Shown in pieces: positions 8,819 through 16,667 of a stretch of DNA of 64,000 nt. Within the stretch, counting starts at the first letter, position 1. Each line of letters starts with the position of its first letter. A program made the position numbers and the translations under genes. Origin of the DNA: Thermoleophilaceae bacterium (GTDB lineage Bacteria > Actinomycetota > Thermoleophilia > Solirubrobacterales > Thermoleophilaceae). The notes under the pieces are model-generated. The model did no database searches. It saw only the letters and a list, made by a program, of their open reading frames with translations, and had not been told where the DNA came from. The stretch is from contig JACVRW010000004.1 of the NCBI GenBank assembly GCA_014534235.1, positions 2,137 to 66,136 on the forward strand. The letters are read 5' to 3'.

Positions 8819-9661
8819 CTAGCCGGCTGCCTCACCGAGGAGAAGCTCGAGGACGACACGTCGTGCCACTCGCCGTCGATCTGGCCGTGCCGGAGGTGGA
8901 CCCGACCTCGCGATAGCTGTGGCGCGCGACCAGGCGGCGGCTTGACTCGTTGTCGACGAAGAGCTTGCCGACGACCTTGTACAGGCCGGCCTGCTCCGCC
9001 TTGTGGCTGAGAGCCCGCGCCACTGCGCCGCCAATGCCGCCCCCACGCCGGTCGCGCGCACGTAGATGCTGCCCTACCCCACCCCCGCATAACAGGCGAA
9101 CAACACCACGCTCACCTCCAGCGTCCGCGGTGTCCCGGGCGATGCGCACCGCGAGTGCGGCGTGCGGGGCGACGGCACGAGCGCGTCGAACTCATCATCG
9201 GTCGGACGCCGGCCGCTGTCCGGCTCGCCCACCGAAACCACGCCGAGCAGCTCGCCGTGCGGGTCGTGCAGGGGAACGAACAGCGCGTCCCCGGCCTGCT
9301 AGGCGTCGCGATCGTCCGCGGGATCGCGGTCCGGAAAGGGATGCACGCCGAGGAGGTACCCGTCGAACTCGTCGCCGGGCACGAAATAGGCGCCCCGGCG
9401 CTCGAAGCGCTCCGCGAGCAGCGGCGCCCAGGTTTCCCGCGGGGACGAACGACCCACGTGCGCCTTGACTGACTCCTCCCGGCCCACCGCCGCAGCGGTG
9501 AACATGTCATCGAACGTCGGGCGATAGACGTTCGTCACCACCGCCCGGTAGCCGAGGATGTCGGCGATCGTGCGGCACAGGTCCGTCAGCACGGTTTCGA
9601 GGTCGTGGGGACTGCGAACGGAGGCGGCCCGCTCCAACATCGCCGCCAGGCGGGTGAGCAT
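8819..9661 (-). pseudogene. Decayed GAF-domain / GNAT-acetyltransferase remnant
   Basis: ORF 9299..9661 is GAF-like (..LTDLCRTIADILGYRAVV..) and ends at an in-frame TAG (9299-9301). Past the TAG the same frame continues as QAGDALFVPLHDPHGELLGVVSVGEPDSG. A frameshift near 9175-9195 leads into ..APHAALAVRIARDTA.., followed by GNAT motif A (RRGGGIGGAVARALSHKAEQAGLYKVVGKLFVDNESSRRLVARHSYREVG). Two further 1-nt frame changes (~8900-8905, ~8855-8865) are needed to read VHLRHGQIDGEWHDV / VLELLLGEAAG*. The N-terminal half of the GNAT fold is missing. Confidence 0.55.
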
Positions 9662-9722
9662 GGTCAGCCGGGACGGCTGTCACCAGACGTCTATCGGCCC
9701 GAAGCTGTGCGATCTTGAATGT

Positions 9723-9974
9723 CTACCCACGCTGCGTGAACCAGCCACCTCCTTCCAGATCCCGGAAGACGACCACGTTGCGCCCGTCGGCGAGGACGAG
9801 CTCGAAGTAGCGTCGTCGCAGCGGCTTGCCCGTCCACCAGCGGTCCTCGACGACCCACTCCTCGCGGATCGAGTCCACGGATGCCCCGGCGATCGTGCGC
9901 GGCGCGCCATCGTCCGCGGCCGTCACGGACGTCGGCTTCGGGTCGCCGAGACGGCGCGATCCAGAGGGGTTCAT
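9723..9974 (-). CDS. Small conserved-looking protein downstream of imuB (I recall similar proteins annotated as DUF6504; unverified)
   Basis: 83 aa. ATGA start/stop overlap with imuB. The C-terminal half is Trp-rich and well ordered (IREEWVVEDRWWTGKPLRRRYFELVLADGRNVVVFRDLEGGGWFTQR). Confidence 0.6.
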   Translation of the reverse strand: MNPSGSRRLGDPKPTSVTAADDGAPRTIAGASVDSIREEWVVEDRWWTGKPLRRRYFELVLADGRNVVVFRDLEGGGWFTQRG

Positions 9975-11344
9975 GGCGCGGGAGCGTCCGGGAAGGGCGC
10001 CAGCACGGCGCGGCGCTCCGGGATGCGCGAGTCGGGTTCCAAGTCGAGCACCCGTAGAGCGGCGTCCGCTCCCGCCGCCTGACGGGCCTGCCGAACCGCC
10101 TCCCCGAGCCGGGCATGCCGAACCGCCGCGGCATCGTCGAGCAGGCGCCCCTGGTCGTTTGCCGGCGGACCGAACGCCTCTACTTCGAGCGCAAGCGACT
10201 CGGCAGGCGCCGGCAACTCCGCCAGCTTGGGCGCGAGCGCAAGGCGGATTCGGGCGGCGTCGGCGCTTGCCCGGCGCAGGGTGACCGCGGTGCGCCAGGT
10301 TCCACCCGCGACAAACCGGGTGGAAACCGCGAGCGCCCGCAGCGAGCGGCCACGCCGCTCGCGGCGGGCGAGGAGTCGCGCCACCAGCAGCTCGAGCGCC
10401 CGCTCGAGCTGCTGGCCCGAGGCCGCCTCCGGCAGCTCGAGTCGCTCCGTCACCGGTTCCCGCGGGCGCCGCGGATCGAGCGGCGTGTCCCGCCCCTGCG
10501 CCAGATCGAGGGCGAGCAGTCCCGGATGGCCGAACCGCTCGCCGACCGCCCGCGACGGAAGAGCAGCCAGCTCGCCGAGCGTCCGGATCCCGAGCTGCTC
10601 GAGCACCTCGGGCAGCGGCTGGAGCTCCAGGCGGGTGCGGAGCAGCGAAACGGGCAACGGCGCGAGGAAGTCCCCCACTGTCGACTCGTCGACGAGGACG
10701 GTGCCCGGCGGGAGCGAGGCGGCGCCCAGCCGGCCTCCGGAGGGGCCGCCGCCCAGCCGCCCGCCGACACCCAGCCGGCCTCCGGAGGAGCGGCCGCCCA
10801 GTCGGCCGCGCCCGCCCAGCCGGCCGCTGTCAGAGCCGGCGCCCACCAGGCCGCCACCGGAGGCGCCGCTTCTCCCTCGCCGCCGCGGGCGGGCCTGGAG
10901 CGCGGCGGCGTAGGCCGCGAAGCGGCTGGGCCCAGCCCCGAAACGGGCGCCCGCGCCGAGCGCTCGGCGGGCTCCCGCCAGTACGCCGGGCAGGTCGCCG
11001 CCGTGGATTCCCCGCAGCCCCGACGCCTCGAAGTAGGCCGCCCCCGCGCGATCCGACTCGACCGCCGCTCCGATTCCCTCCAAGCGGTCGAGCACCGCGT
11101 TCCAGAGCGAGCGCACGCCCTCAGGATCGGGCGGTACGAGCCGCAGCACCGGGCAGCGCGACACCGCCTCGCCCAGTCGCATCCCCGGCACGACGCCGAA
11201 CGCCGCCGCCGGTGCCGAAACCTCCCCCACCCTCTGCTCGCGTCCCGCTTCTGGAGCGAGCGCGGCGGGCTCGGACAGGAGCGCAGTGCGGTCCCCCAGC
11301 GCGGCCAGGAGCTCGAACCGGGGGTAGAGGACGCACACGACCAT
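9971..11344 (-). CDS. imuB: ImuB, Y-family DNA-polymerase-like mutasome subunit
   Basis: 457 aa. The N-terminus MVVCVLYPRFELLAALGDR..GMRLGEAVSRCP is typical of ImuB/DinB-like proteins that lack the catalytic acidic triad context. It sits upstream of dnaE2 and has an SOS box at its start. Confidence 0.8.
   Translation of the reverse strand: MVVCVLYPRFELLAALGDRTALLSEPAALAPEAGREQRVGEVSAPAAAFGVVPGMRLGEAVSRCPVLRLVPPDPEGVRSLWNAVLDRLEGIGAAVESDRAGAAYFEASGLRGIHGGDLPGVLAGARRALGAGARFGAGPSRFAAYAAALQARPRRRGRSGASGGGLVGAGSDSGRLGGRGRLGGRSSGGRLGVGGRLGGGPSGGRLGAASLPPGTVLVDESTVGDFLAPLPVSLLRTRLELQPLPEVLEQLGIRTLGELAALPSRAVGERFGHPGLLALDLAQGRDTPLDPRRPREPVTERLELPEAASGQQLERALELLVARLLARRERRGRSLRALAVSTRFVAGGTWRTAVTLRRASADAARIRLALAPKLAELPAPAESLALEVEAFGPPANDQGRLLDDAAAVRHARLGEAVRQARQAAGADAALRVLDLEPDSRIPERRAVLAPFPDAPAP
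10715..10840. repeat. Imperfect 45-nt (15-codon) tandem repeat inside imuB encoding a (G)GRLG-rich linker
   Basis: cccagccggcctccggagg occurs at ~10725 and ~10770. The cccag cores recur with 27/18/27/18-nt spacing. Protein: SGRLGGRGRLGGRSSGGRLGVGGRLGGGPSGGRLGAAS. Confidence 0.7.
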
Positions 11345-11347
11345 GAG

Positions 11348-11362
11348 GGAACGTATGTTCGC
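11348..11362 (-). promoter_or_regulatory. LexA (Cheo-type SOS) box immediately upstream of the imuB start codon
   Basis: The plus strand reads GGAACGTATGTTCGC, with a GAAC-N4-GTTC core at 11349-11360, 4 nt from the ATG (11344). It matches the dnaE2 box at GAACGyATGTTCGCA. Confidence 0.6.
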
Positions 11363-11503
11363 ACGAAGCGCGGATGGATGTCGAGGCGCCGCGCTCGAGG
11401 GACGCGCCGGCGGGAACGAAGCAACCGTCCCAACTAGCTTTGCAGTACAGCAGCACGATGGGATGCTTGGGATCCACGACCGGCGGCGTGAGCCGATGGC
11501 CGG

Positions 11504-12241
11504 CTACAGCAGTCCTGCGGCCAGGCTCGCCGCCCCGGTGCACACCACCAGCGCGAGCACTACGGTGAAGAACCGCTCGCGGTTGAGCCGCCGGAACGCC
11601 ACGGAGCCGAGCGCGTATCCCGCGACCACCAGGCCCAGCAAGGGCAGCACGACATCCGCGTCCACGGCACCGCTGCCCTCCGCCGCGAACAGCACCGCCC
11701 CTCCGATCAGGTTGAGGGCCAGGAAGCTCGCTGCGAGCGAGGCCCGGAACTCCTCCGGGCGGACTCGATGGGCCTCGAGCCAGAGCACGATCGGCGGTCC
11801 GCTGATGCTGATCGACGTCGTCAGCGCGCCGCTCGCGAAGCCGGCCGCCCAACCGACGGTCGGCGGAGGCGTCTTCCGCGCCTCGGACGCCCGGGCCGAG
11901 CGTTGGTGCAACTGCCAGCCCGCGGCCAGGATCACCGCGACGCCGACCGTCACCTGCAGCGCCTCCTTCGACAGCAGCGCCAGCGCCGCCACACCCGCGG
12001 CGAGGCCGGGAAGCGCCGCGATCAGCATTGGCGCGAGCGCTCGCCAGGCAACGTGCTCCGGGCGACCCCGCTCGAACAGCACGAGCAAGTTGAGCGCGAC
12101 CGACAGCAACAGCAGCGACGTGACCGCCTGCACCGGGTCCAGCACCGCGAAGAGGGCGGGGCTCAGGACGAGCGCGAAGCCGAAGCCGGTGGCGGACTGG
12201 ATCGAGGCGCCGACGAGCGCGGCGGCCGCGGCCAGGAGCAT
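11504..12241 (-). CDS. TauE/SafE-family anion (sulfite-type) exporter membrane protein
   Basis: ORF 11504..12340. I prefer the ATG at 12241 (MLLAAAAALVGASIQSATGFGFALVLSP..). It is polytopic and hydrophobic, with TSISISGPPIVLWL in the second half. Confidence 0.75.
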   Translation of the reverse strand: MLLAAAAALVGASIQSATGFGFALVLSPALFAVLDPVQAVTSLLLLSVALNLLVLFERGRPEHVAWRALAPMLIAALPGLAAGVAALALLSKEALQVTVGVAVILAAGWQLHQRSARASEARKTPPPTVGWAAGFASGALTTSISISGPPIVLWLEAHRVRPEEFRASLAASFLALNLIGGAVLFAAEGSGAVDADVVLPLLGLVVAGYALGSVAFRRLNRERFFTVVLALVVCTGAASLAAGLL

Positions 12242-12416
12242 CAGCGGCCGCGGCGGCCGGGTGGGCCGAGCGTGCGAGCGGGCCGCGCGCGGCGGCCGCG
12301 GCGGACAAGGACGCCGGCCGACCCGCCGCGCTCGCGCCACACGAATGCGCGGGGCGCTCCACCGCGGCGCCTAAACCTGGCCAGCCCGCCGGCCGCCACG
12401 CCGCGGCGGCGGGGTC

Positions 12417-13499
12417 TCAAGAGACGGTCACGAGTTCCTTTGGGCAGCTGGTCAATACCTCCGGCTCGCCGTCGGTGACCACCACCAGGTCCTCTATGCG
12501 CACGCCCACCGCGCCCGGCAGGTATACGCCGGGCTCGACCGTCACGACGTTGCCCGCGCGCAGCTCGCCCTCGGCGGTCTTCCCGAGCCGCGGTGCCTCA
12601 TGCACCTCCAGCCCAACTCCATGGCCGAGGCCGTGCCCGAAGTGCTCGCCGTGCCCCGCCGCCTCGATGATGTCGCGCGCCACGGCGTCGACGTTCGGGC
12701 ACGATGCCCCGCCGCGCACCGACGCGAGCGCCTCCTCCTGCGCCCGCCGCACCAGTTCGTAGGCCTCGAGCGCCACGTCGTCGAGCTGCCCCGTGGCGAA
12801 GGTGCGAGTGCAGTCTGAGCAGTAGCCGTCGACTTGGGCGCCGAGGTCGACCACGACCAGCGTGTTGGCTGGGATCTCGGCGTCGCGCGGGGTCGCGTGC
12901 GGTAGTGCGCCATGCTCGCCGCCGGCCACGATCGCCGGAAACGAGGGACCGGCGCGGCGGTCCTCGAGCGCGCGCATCAGCGACAGCGCCACCTCCCGCT
13001 CCGTACGCCCAACGAGGCCTCGCGCGCGCAGCTGCCCGTACGCCTCATCCGCGATCGCCGCCGCGGCCCGGATAGCCCCGAGCTCCAGCTCGTCCTTGAC
13101 CTCGCGCAGGCCCTCGATCAGGCCGCCGGCCGGCACGAGCTCCACCCCCTCGGCGACCTTCTCGCCGAGCTTGCGGTGGGCCTCCACGGTCACGTGGTTG
13201 TCCTCGAACCCGGCCCGTCCGTGAAGCCGCTTCGCGAGGTCGCCGAGCATGTCCCGCCCTGCCTCCACTCGCTCATACCCACGAACCTGACCGCCCGCCT
13301 GCTCGACGTAGCGGAAATCGGTGAGGAACAGGCGCTCCTCGCGGGAGAGGACGCACGCCCCGTTCGTGCCGGTGAAGCCGGTGAGGTAGCGCACGTTGAC
13401 GAGGTTCGTGACGAGCAGGCAATCGAGCTCGCGGTCGTCCAGCAGCCGCACCAGCCGGTCAGTCCGGGCCTCGACGGCGCTCTCGGCGGAAACGCTCAT
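12417..13499 (-). CDS. M24-family Xaa-Pro aminopeptidase/dipeptidase
   Basis: 360 aa. Creatinase-like N-domain, pita-bread fold and metal ligands (HGLGHGVGLEVHE, VEPG). It occupies the same position as pepQ downstream of aroQ in mycobacterial gene order. Confidence 0.85.
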   Translation of the reverse strand: MSVSAESAVEARTDRLVRLLDDRELDCLLVTNLVNVRYLTGFTGTNGACVLSREERLFLTDFRYVEQAGGQVRGYERVEAGRDMLGDLAKRLHGRAGFEDNHVTVEAHRKLGEKVAEGVELVPAGGLIEGLREVKDELELGAIRAAAAIADEAYGQLRARGLVGRTEREVALSLMRALEDRRAGPSFPAIVAGGEHGALPHATPRDAEIPANTLVVVDLGAQVDGYCSDCTRTFATGQLDDVALEAYELVRRAQEEALASVRGGASCPNVDAVARDIIEAAGHGEHFGHGLGHGVGLEVHEAPRLGKTAEGELRAGNVVTVEPGVYLPGAVGVRIEDLVVVTDGEPEVLTSCPKELVTVS

Positions 13500-13936
13500 C
13501 GCTGCATCGCCTCCTTCAGCATCTCGAGCGCGTCACGGTAGCCGGCCACGCCCTTGCCCTGAACGCACCCCACGCAGAGGTCGCGGATCACCGAGACGAG
13601 TCGCCATTCCTCCCGCTCCCCCACAGCGGACAGGTGCACCTCGACGGCGGGGAGCTGCGCCACCTCGAGGGCGTCGCGGATCGCCCAGGAGTAGTGCGTC
13701 CAGGCGCCGGGGTTCAGCACCAGCCCATCGGCGCTGCGCGCGGCACGGTGGAGGTTCTCACAGAACTCGCCCTCGTGGTTGGTCTGTGAGAAGAGCACCT
13801 CGAGCCCCAGCTCTCGCGCGAAGCGCTTAACGCGAGCCTCGAGCTCCGTCAGCGTGAGGCCGCCGTAGTGGTCGGGGTCGCGCCGGTCGAGCACGTCGAA
13901 GTTCACCCCGTGCATCACCTCCACCCGGTTTCTCAT
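13496..13936 (-). CDS. aroQ: Type II 3-dehydroquinate dehydratase
   Basis: 146 aa. Motifs VMHGVNFDVLDRRDPDHYG, QTNHEGE, LNPGAWTHYS. Confidence 0.92.
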   Translation of the reverse strand: MRNRVEVMHGVNFDVLDRRDPDHYGGLTLTELEARVKRFARELGLEVLFSQTNHEGEFCENLHRAARSADGLVLNPGAWTHYSWAIRDALEVAQLPAVEVHLSAVGEREEWRLVSVIRDLCVGCVQGKGVAGYRDALEMLKEAMQR

Positions 13937-15483
13937 CCGTCGTGCAGCTCCTCGACCGCGGCCCGGAGCTGGGCGGGCGCGACGCCGTGTCCACCGGTGA
14001 CCTCGCCGGGCGCCTCGAGAAGCACGAACTGCACCCGCCCGCCGGTGCGCTTCTTGTCGCGCTCGATCAGCGCCAGCACGTCGTCCACCGAAGCGCCTGA
14101 GAACCGGACCGGCAGGCCGCGCCCGGCGAGCAGTTCGCGGACCTCGGAGCGCAGCGCGTCCCGGCCGGACAGGCGCAGGGCGGCCAGGAGGCCGATCCCA
14201 ACCGCCTCTCCGTGCCGGTAGCGCGCGTAGGAGGTGGCCGCCTCGATCGCGTGCCCCACGGTGTGGCCGAGGTTGAGCACCTGGCGGCGGCCCGCGTCGC
14301 GCTCGTCGGCCGCCACCACCGCGAGCTTGGTGCGTATGCAGGCCATGATCGTCTCGGCGTCGACCTCGCCGCCCTGGCGCACCCGGGCCCAGAGTTGCCC
14401 GCCGGCTATGAGCGCCGTCTTCATCACCTCGGCGTAGCCGGCGGCCAGCTCCTCGGGCGGAAGCGTGTCGAGCGCCGCCGGGTCGCAGAGGACCGCGGCG
14501 GGCTGGTGATAGGCCCCCACGTAGTTCTTGCCCTCGGGCAGGTCCACGCCGGTCTTCCCGCCGTACGCCGAGTCGACCTGTGCCACGAGCGTGGTGGGCA
14601 CCTGCACGTGGCGCATCCCCCGCTGGTAGACCGCGGCGCAGAAGCCCGCCAGGTCGCCGACCACGCCGCCGCCGACGGCCACAACGAGATCGCCACGCTC
14701 CGCGCGCGCCTGCGCCAGCGCACGCAGGACGAGCTCCGCCCCGAGGATCGTCTTGTGCTCCTCACCGGGCATGACGACGATCCGCTCATCGCCCCGCACG
14801 GGCTGCGCGCGGGCGACGTTCGCGTCCGTTACGACCAGCCGCCGCCCGTCGCGCGGGTAGAAGAAGCCGGACGCGATCAGGCCGCGGCCGAGGTACACGG
14901 GGTACTCTCCGGAGGCCGCCGAGGCCCAGACGAGCCGAGTCCCGGCCGGCGTGCCGCGCACCGCCAGCAGCGCGGGCAGGGCGCGCCGCAGAGCGTCGCG
15001 ATCCGCGGGCGGGAGCACCGCGTGCGCCACCGCCTCGTAGAGCGGGGCACGATCGCGCTGGAGCTGCTCGAAGCGGGCGGGCTCGCGGGCAAGCGGACGG
15101 CCCTTGCCGGACGCGCGGCGCCAGGCGTCCTCGGGACGAACCTCGAGATGGACGACGGTGTGCCGGGCGAGCGCCTGCCGCACGCGCTCGGACTGGACCG
15201 CCCCGCCCCCGAGCGCGATCACCGCGGGACGGGCGTTCGAGCGCCCCTGCCCGCACCGGTCGAGCAGCTCGAGCACGAGTTCCTCCTCGCGCGCGCGAAA
15301 GGCCTGCTCTCCGTGGCGGTCGAAGTAGGACTCGATCGGCTCTCCGAGCCGGCGCTCGAGCTCATGGTCGGAGTCCACGGGTTCGCCGCCCAGCTCGGCG
15401 GCAAGCGTGCGGGCGCCCGTGGACTTCCCGGCGCCCATGAACCCGACCAGCACGAGGGCGCCGTCTAGCGGTCTCGCCTCCAC
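13933..15483 (-). CDS. aroKB: Bifunctional shikimate kinase / 3-dehydroquinate synthase (single continuous reading frame)
   Basis: C-terminal 516 aa of ORF 13933..17322, from GTG 15483. P-loop LVLVGFMGAGKST, then in the same frame without a stop the AroB core (VVAVGGGVVGDLAGF, DSAYGGKTGVDLPEGKNYVGAYHQP, LNLGHTVGHAIE). Confidence 0.85.
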   Translation of the reverse strand: MEARPLDGALVLVGFMGAGKSTGARTLAAELGGEPVDSDHELERRLGEPIESYFDRHGEQAFRAREEELVLELLDRCGQGRSNARPAVIALGGGAVQSERVRQALARHTVVHLEVRPEDAWRRASGKGRPLAREPARFEQLQRDRAPLYEAVAHAVLPPADRDALRRALPALLAVRGTPAGTRLVWASAASGEYPVYLGRGLIASGFFYPRDGRRLVVTDANVARAQPVRGDERIVVMPGEEHKTILGAELVLRALAQARAERGDLVVAVGGGVVGDLAGFCAAVYQRGMRHVQVPTTLVAQVDSAYGGKTGVDLPEGKNYVGAYHQPAAVLCDPAALDTLPPEELAAGYAEVMKTALIAGGQLWARVRQGGEVDAETIMACIRTKLAVVAADERDAGRRQVLNLGHTVGHAIEAATSYARYRHGEAVGIGLLAALRLSGRDALRSEVRELLAGRGLPVRFSGASVDDVLALIERDKKRTGGRVQFVLLEAPGEVTGGHGVAPAQLRAAVEELHDG

Positions 15484-16634
15484 CCGATGCGCCCCTCGTA
15501 CGCGCGAAGTGACGCCCGCACGTCGTCGATGTGGTCGCCGCCCAGCTTCTCCCGGTAGGCGGCGGAGAGCACCAGCGCGACCATCGCCTCGCCGACCACG
15601 CCGGCGGCCGGCACCGTACAGGAGTCGGTGCGCTCGCGGAGCGCCTGAGCCGGCTCCTTCGTCTCGATGTCGACGCTGCGAAGCGGCTTCGTGAGCGTCG
15701 GCAGCGGTTTCATCGCGGCGCGCACGATGAGGGGGTCGCCGGTCGTCATCCCGCCCTCGAGCCCGCCGGCGCGATTCGTCTCGCGGTGGTACCCGCGCTC
15801 CGGCGACCAGAAGATCTCGTCGTGGGCCTGCGAGCCCACCCGCTCGGCGAGCGCAAAGCCGTCCCCGATCGCGACGCCCTTCATCGCCTGTATGGAGATG
15901 ATCGCCTGTGCCAAGCGGCCGTCGAGGCGCTCTTCCCAGGAGGTGTGCGCACCGATCCCGGGGACGAGTCCGAAGGCGCGCACCTCGAAGATCCCGCCGA
16001 GCGACTCGTTCGCCCTGCGCGCATCGTCGATCTCCGCCACCATCGCCTCGCTCGCGGTCGCGTCGATGCACCGTACGGGCGAGTCGTCCACGCCCTCGAA
16101 ATCCTCCGGGCGAAGACCGTCGCGCTCGGGCGCGACCACGGTCCCGATGCGGGTCACGTGCGAGAGCACCGTTACCCCGAGCTCCCGGAGGAGCGCCTTG
16201 GCGAGCGCTCCGGCGGCCACGCGGGCGGCGGTCTCGCGGGCGCTGGCGCGCTCGAGCACATTTCGCACGTCGGTATGGCCGTACTTCTGGACGCCCGCGA
16301 GGTCGGCGTGGCCCGGGCGCGGCAGGTGTACCTCCTCCACCGCCGCCGCCACCGGCCAAGGACTCATCCGGTCCTCCCAGTTGGCGTAGTCGCGGTTCTC
16401 GATCCTGAGCGCCACCGGGCTTCCAAGGGTGTGCCCGTGCCGGATCCCGGCGGTGATCTCGGCGCGGTCCTTCTCGATCTTCATCCGACCCCCGCGCCCG
16501 TGTCCGAGCTGGCGCCGGGCGAGATCGCGGTCTATGTCGTCCGGAGTCAGCTCGAGCCCGGCCGGCATTCCCTCGACCACGGCGGTGAGTCCGGGCCCGT
16601 GCGACTCGCCGGCGGTCACGAAGCGGAACTGCAT
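15465..16634 (-). CDS. aroC: Chorismate synthase
   Basis: 389 aa. MQFRFVTAGESHGPGL.., RPGHADL, and full-length family resemblance. Confidence 0.95.
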   Translation of the reverse strand: MQFRFVTAGESHGPGLTAVVEGMPAGLELTPDDIDRDLARRQLGHGRGGRMKIEKDRAEITAGIRHGHTLGSPVALRIENRDYANWEDRMSPWPVAAAVEEVHLPRPGHADLAGVQKYGHTDVRNVLERASARETAARVAAGALAKALLRELGVTVLSHVTRIGTVVAPERDGLRPEDFEGVDDSPVRCIDATASEAMVAEIDDARRANESLGGIFEVRAFGLVPGIGAHTSWEERLDGRLAQAIISIQAMKGVAIGDGFALAERVGSQAHDEIFWSPERGYHRETNRAGGLEGGMTTGDPLIVRAAMKPLPTLTKPLRSVDIETKEPAQALRERTDSCTVPAAGVVGEAMVALVLSAAYREKLGGDHIDDVRASLRAYEGRIGWRRDR

Positions 16635-16667
16635 GGCGCCAACACCCTACTTGCGGGGGGTTCCGCA

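Noticed and set aside
8832-9510. ORFs 8832..9149, 8819..9061 and 9112..9510 as independent small genes
   Set aside because: They are better explained as frame-shifted pieces (or the wrong frame) of a single decayed GAF/GNAT gene. None has its own start context.
10715-10840. Tandem repeat as a CRISPR-like or intergenic repeat array
   Set aside because: It lies entirely within the imuB reading frame, keeps the frame (45-nt unit) and has no spacer-like unique segments. It is a coding low-complexity repeat.
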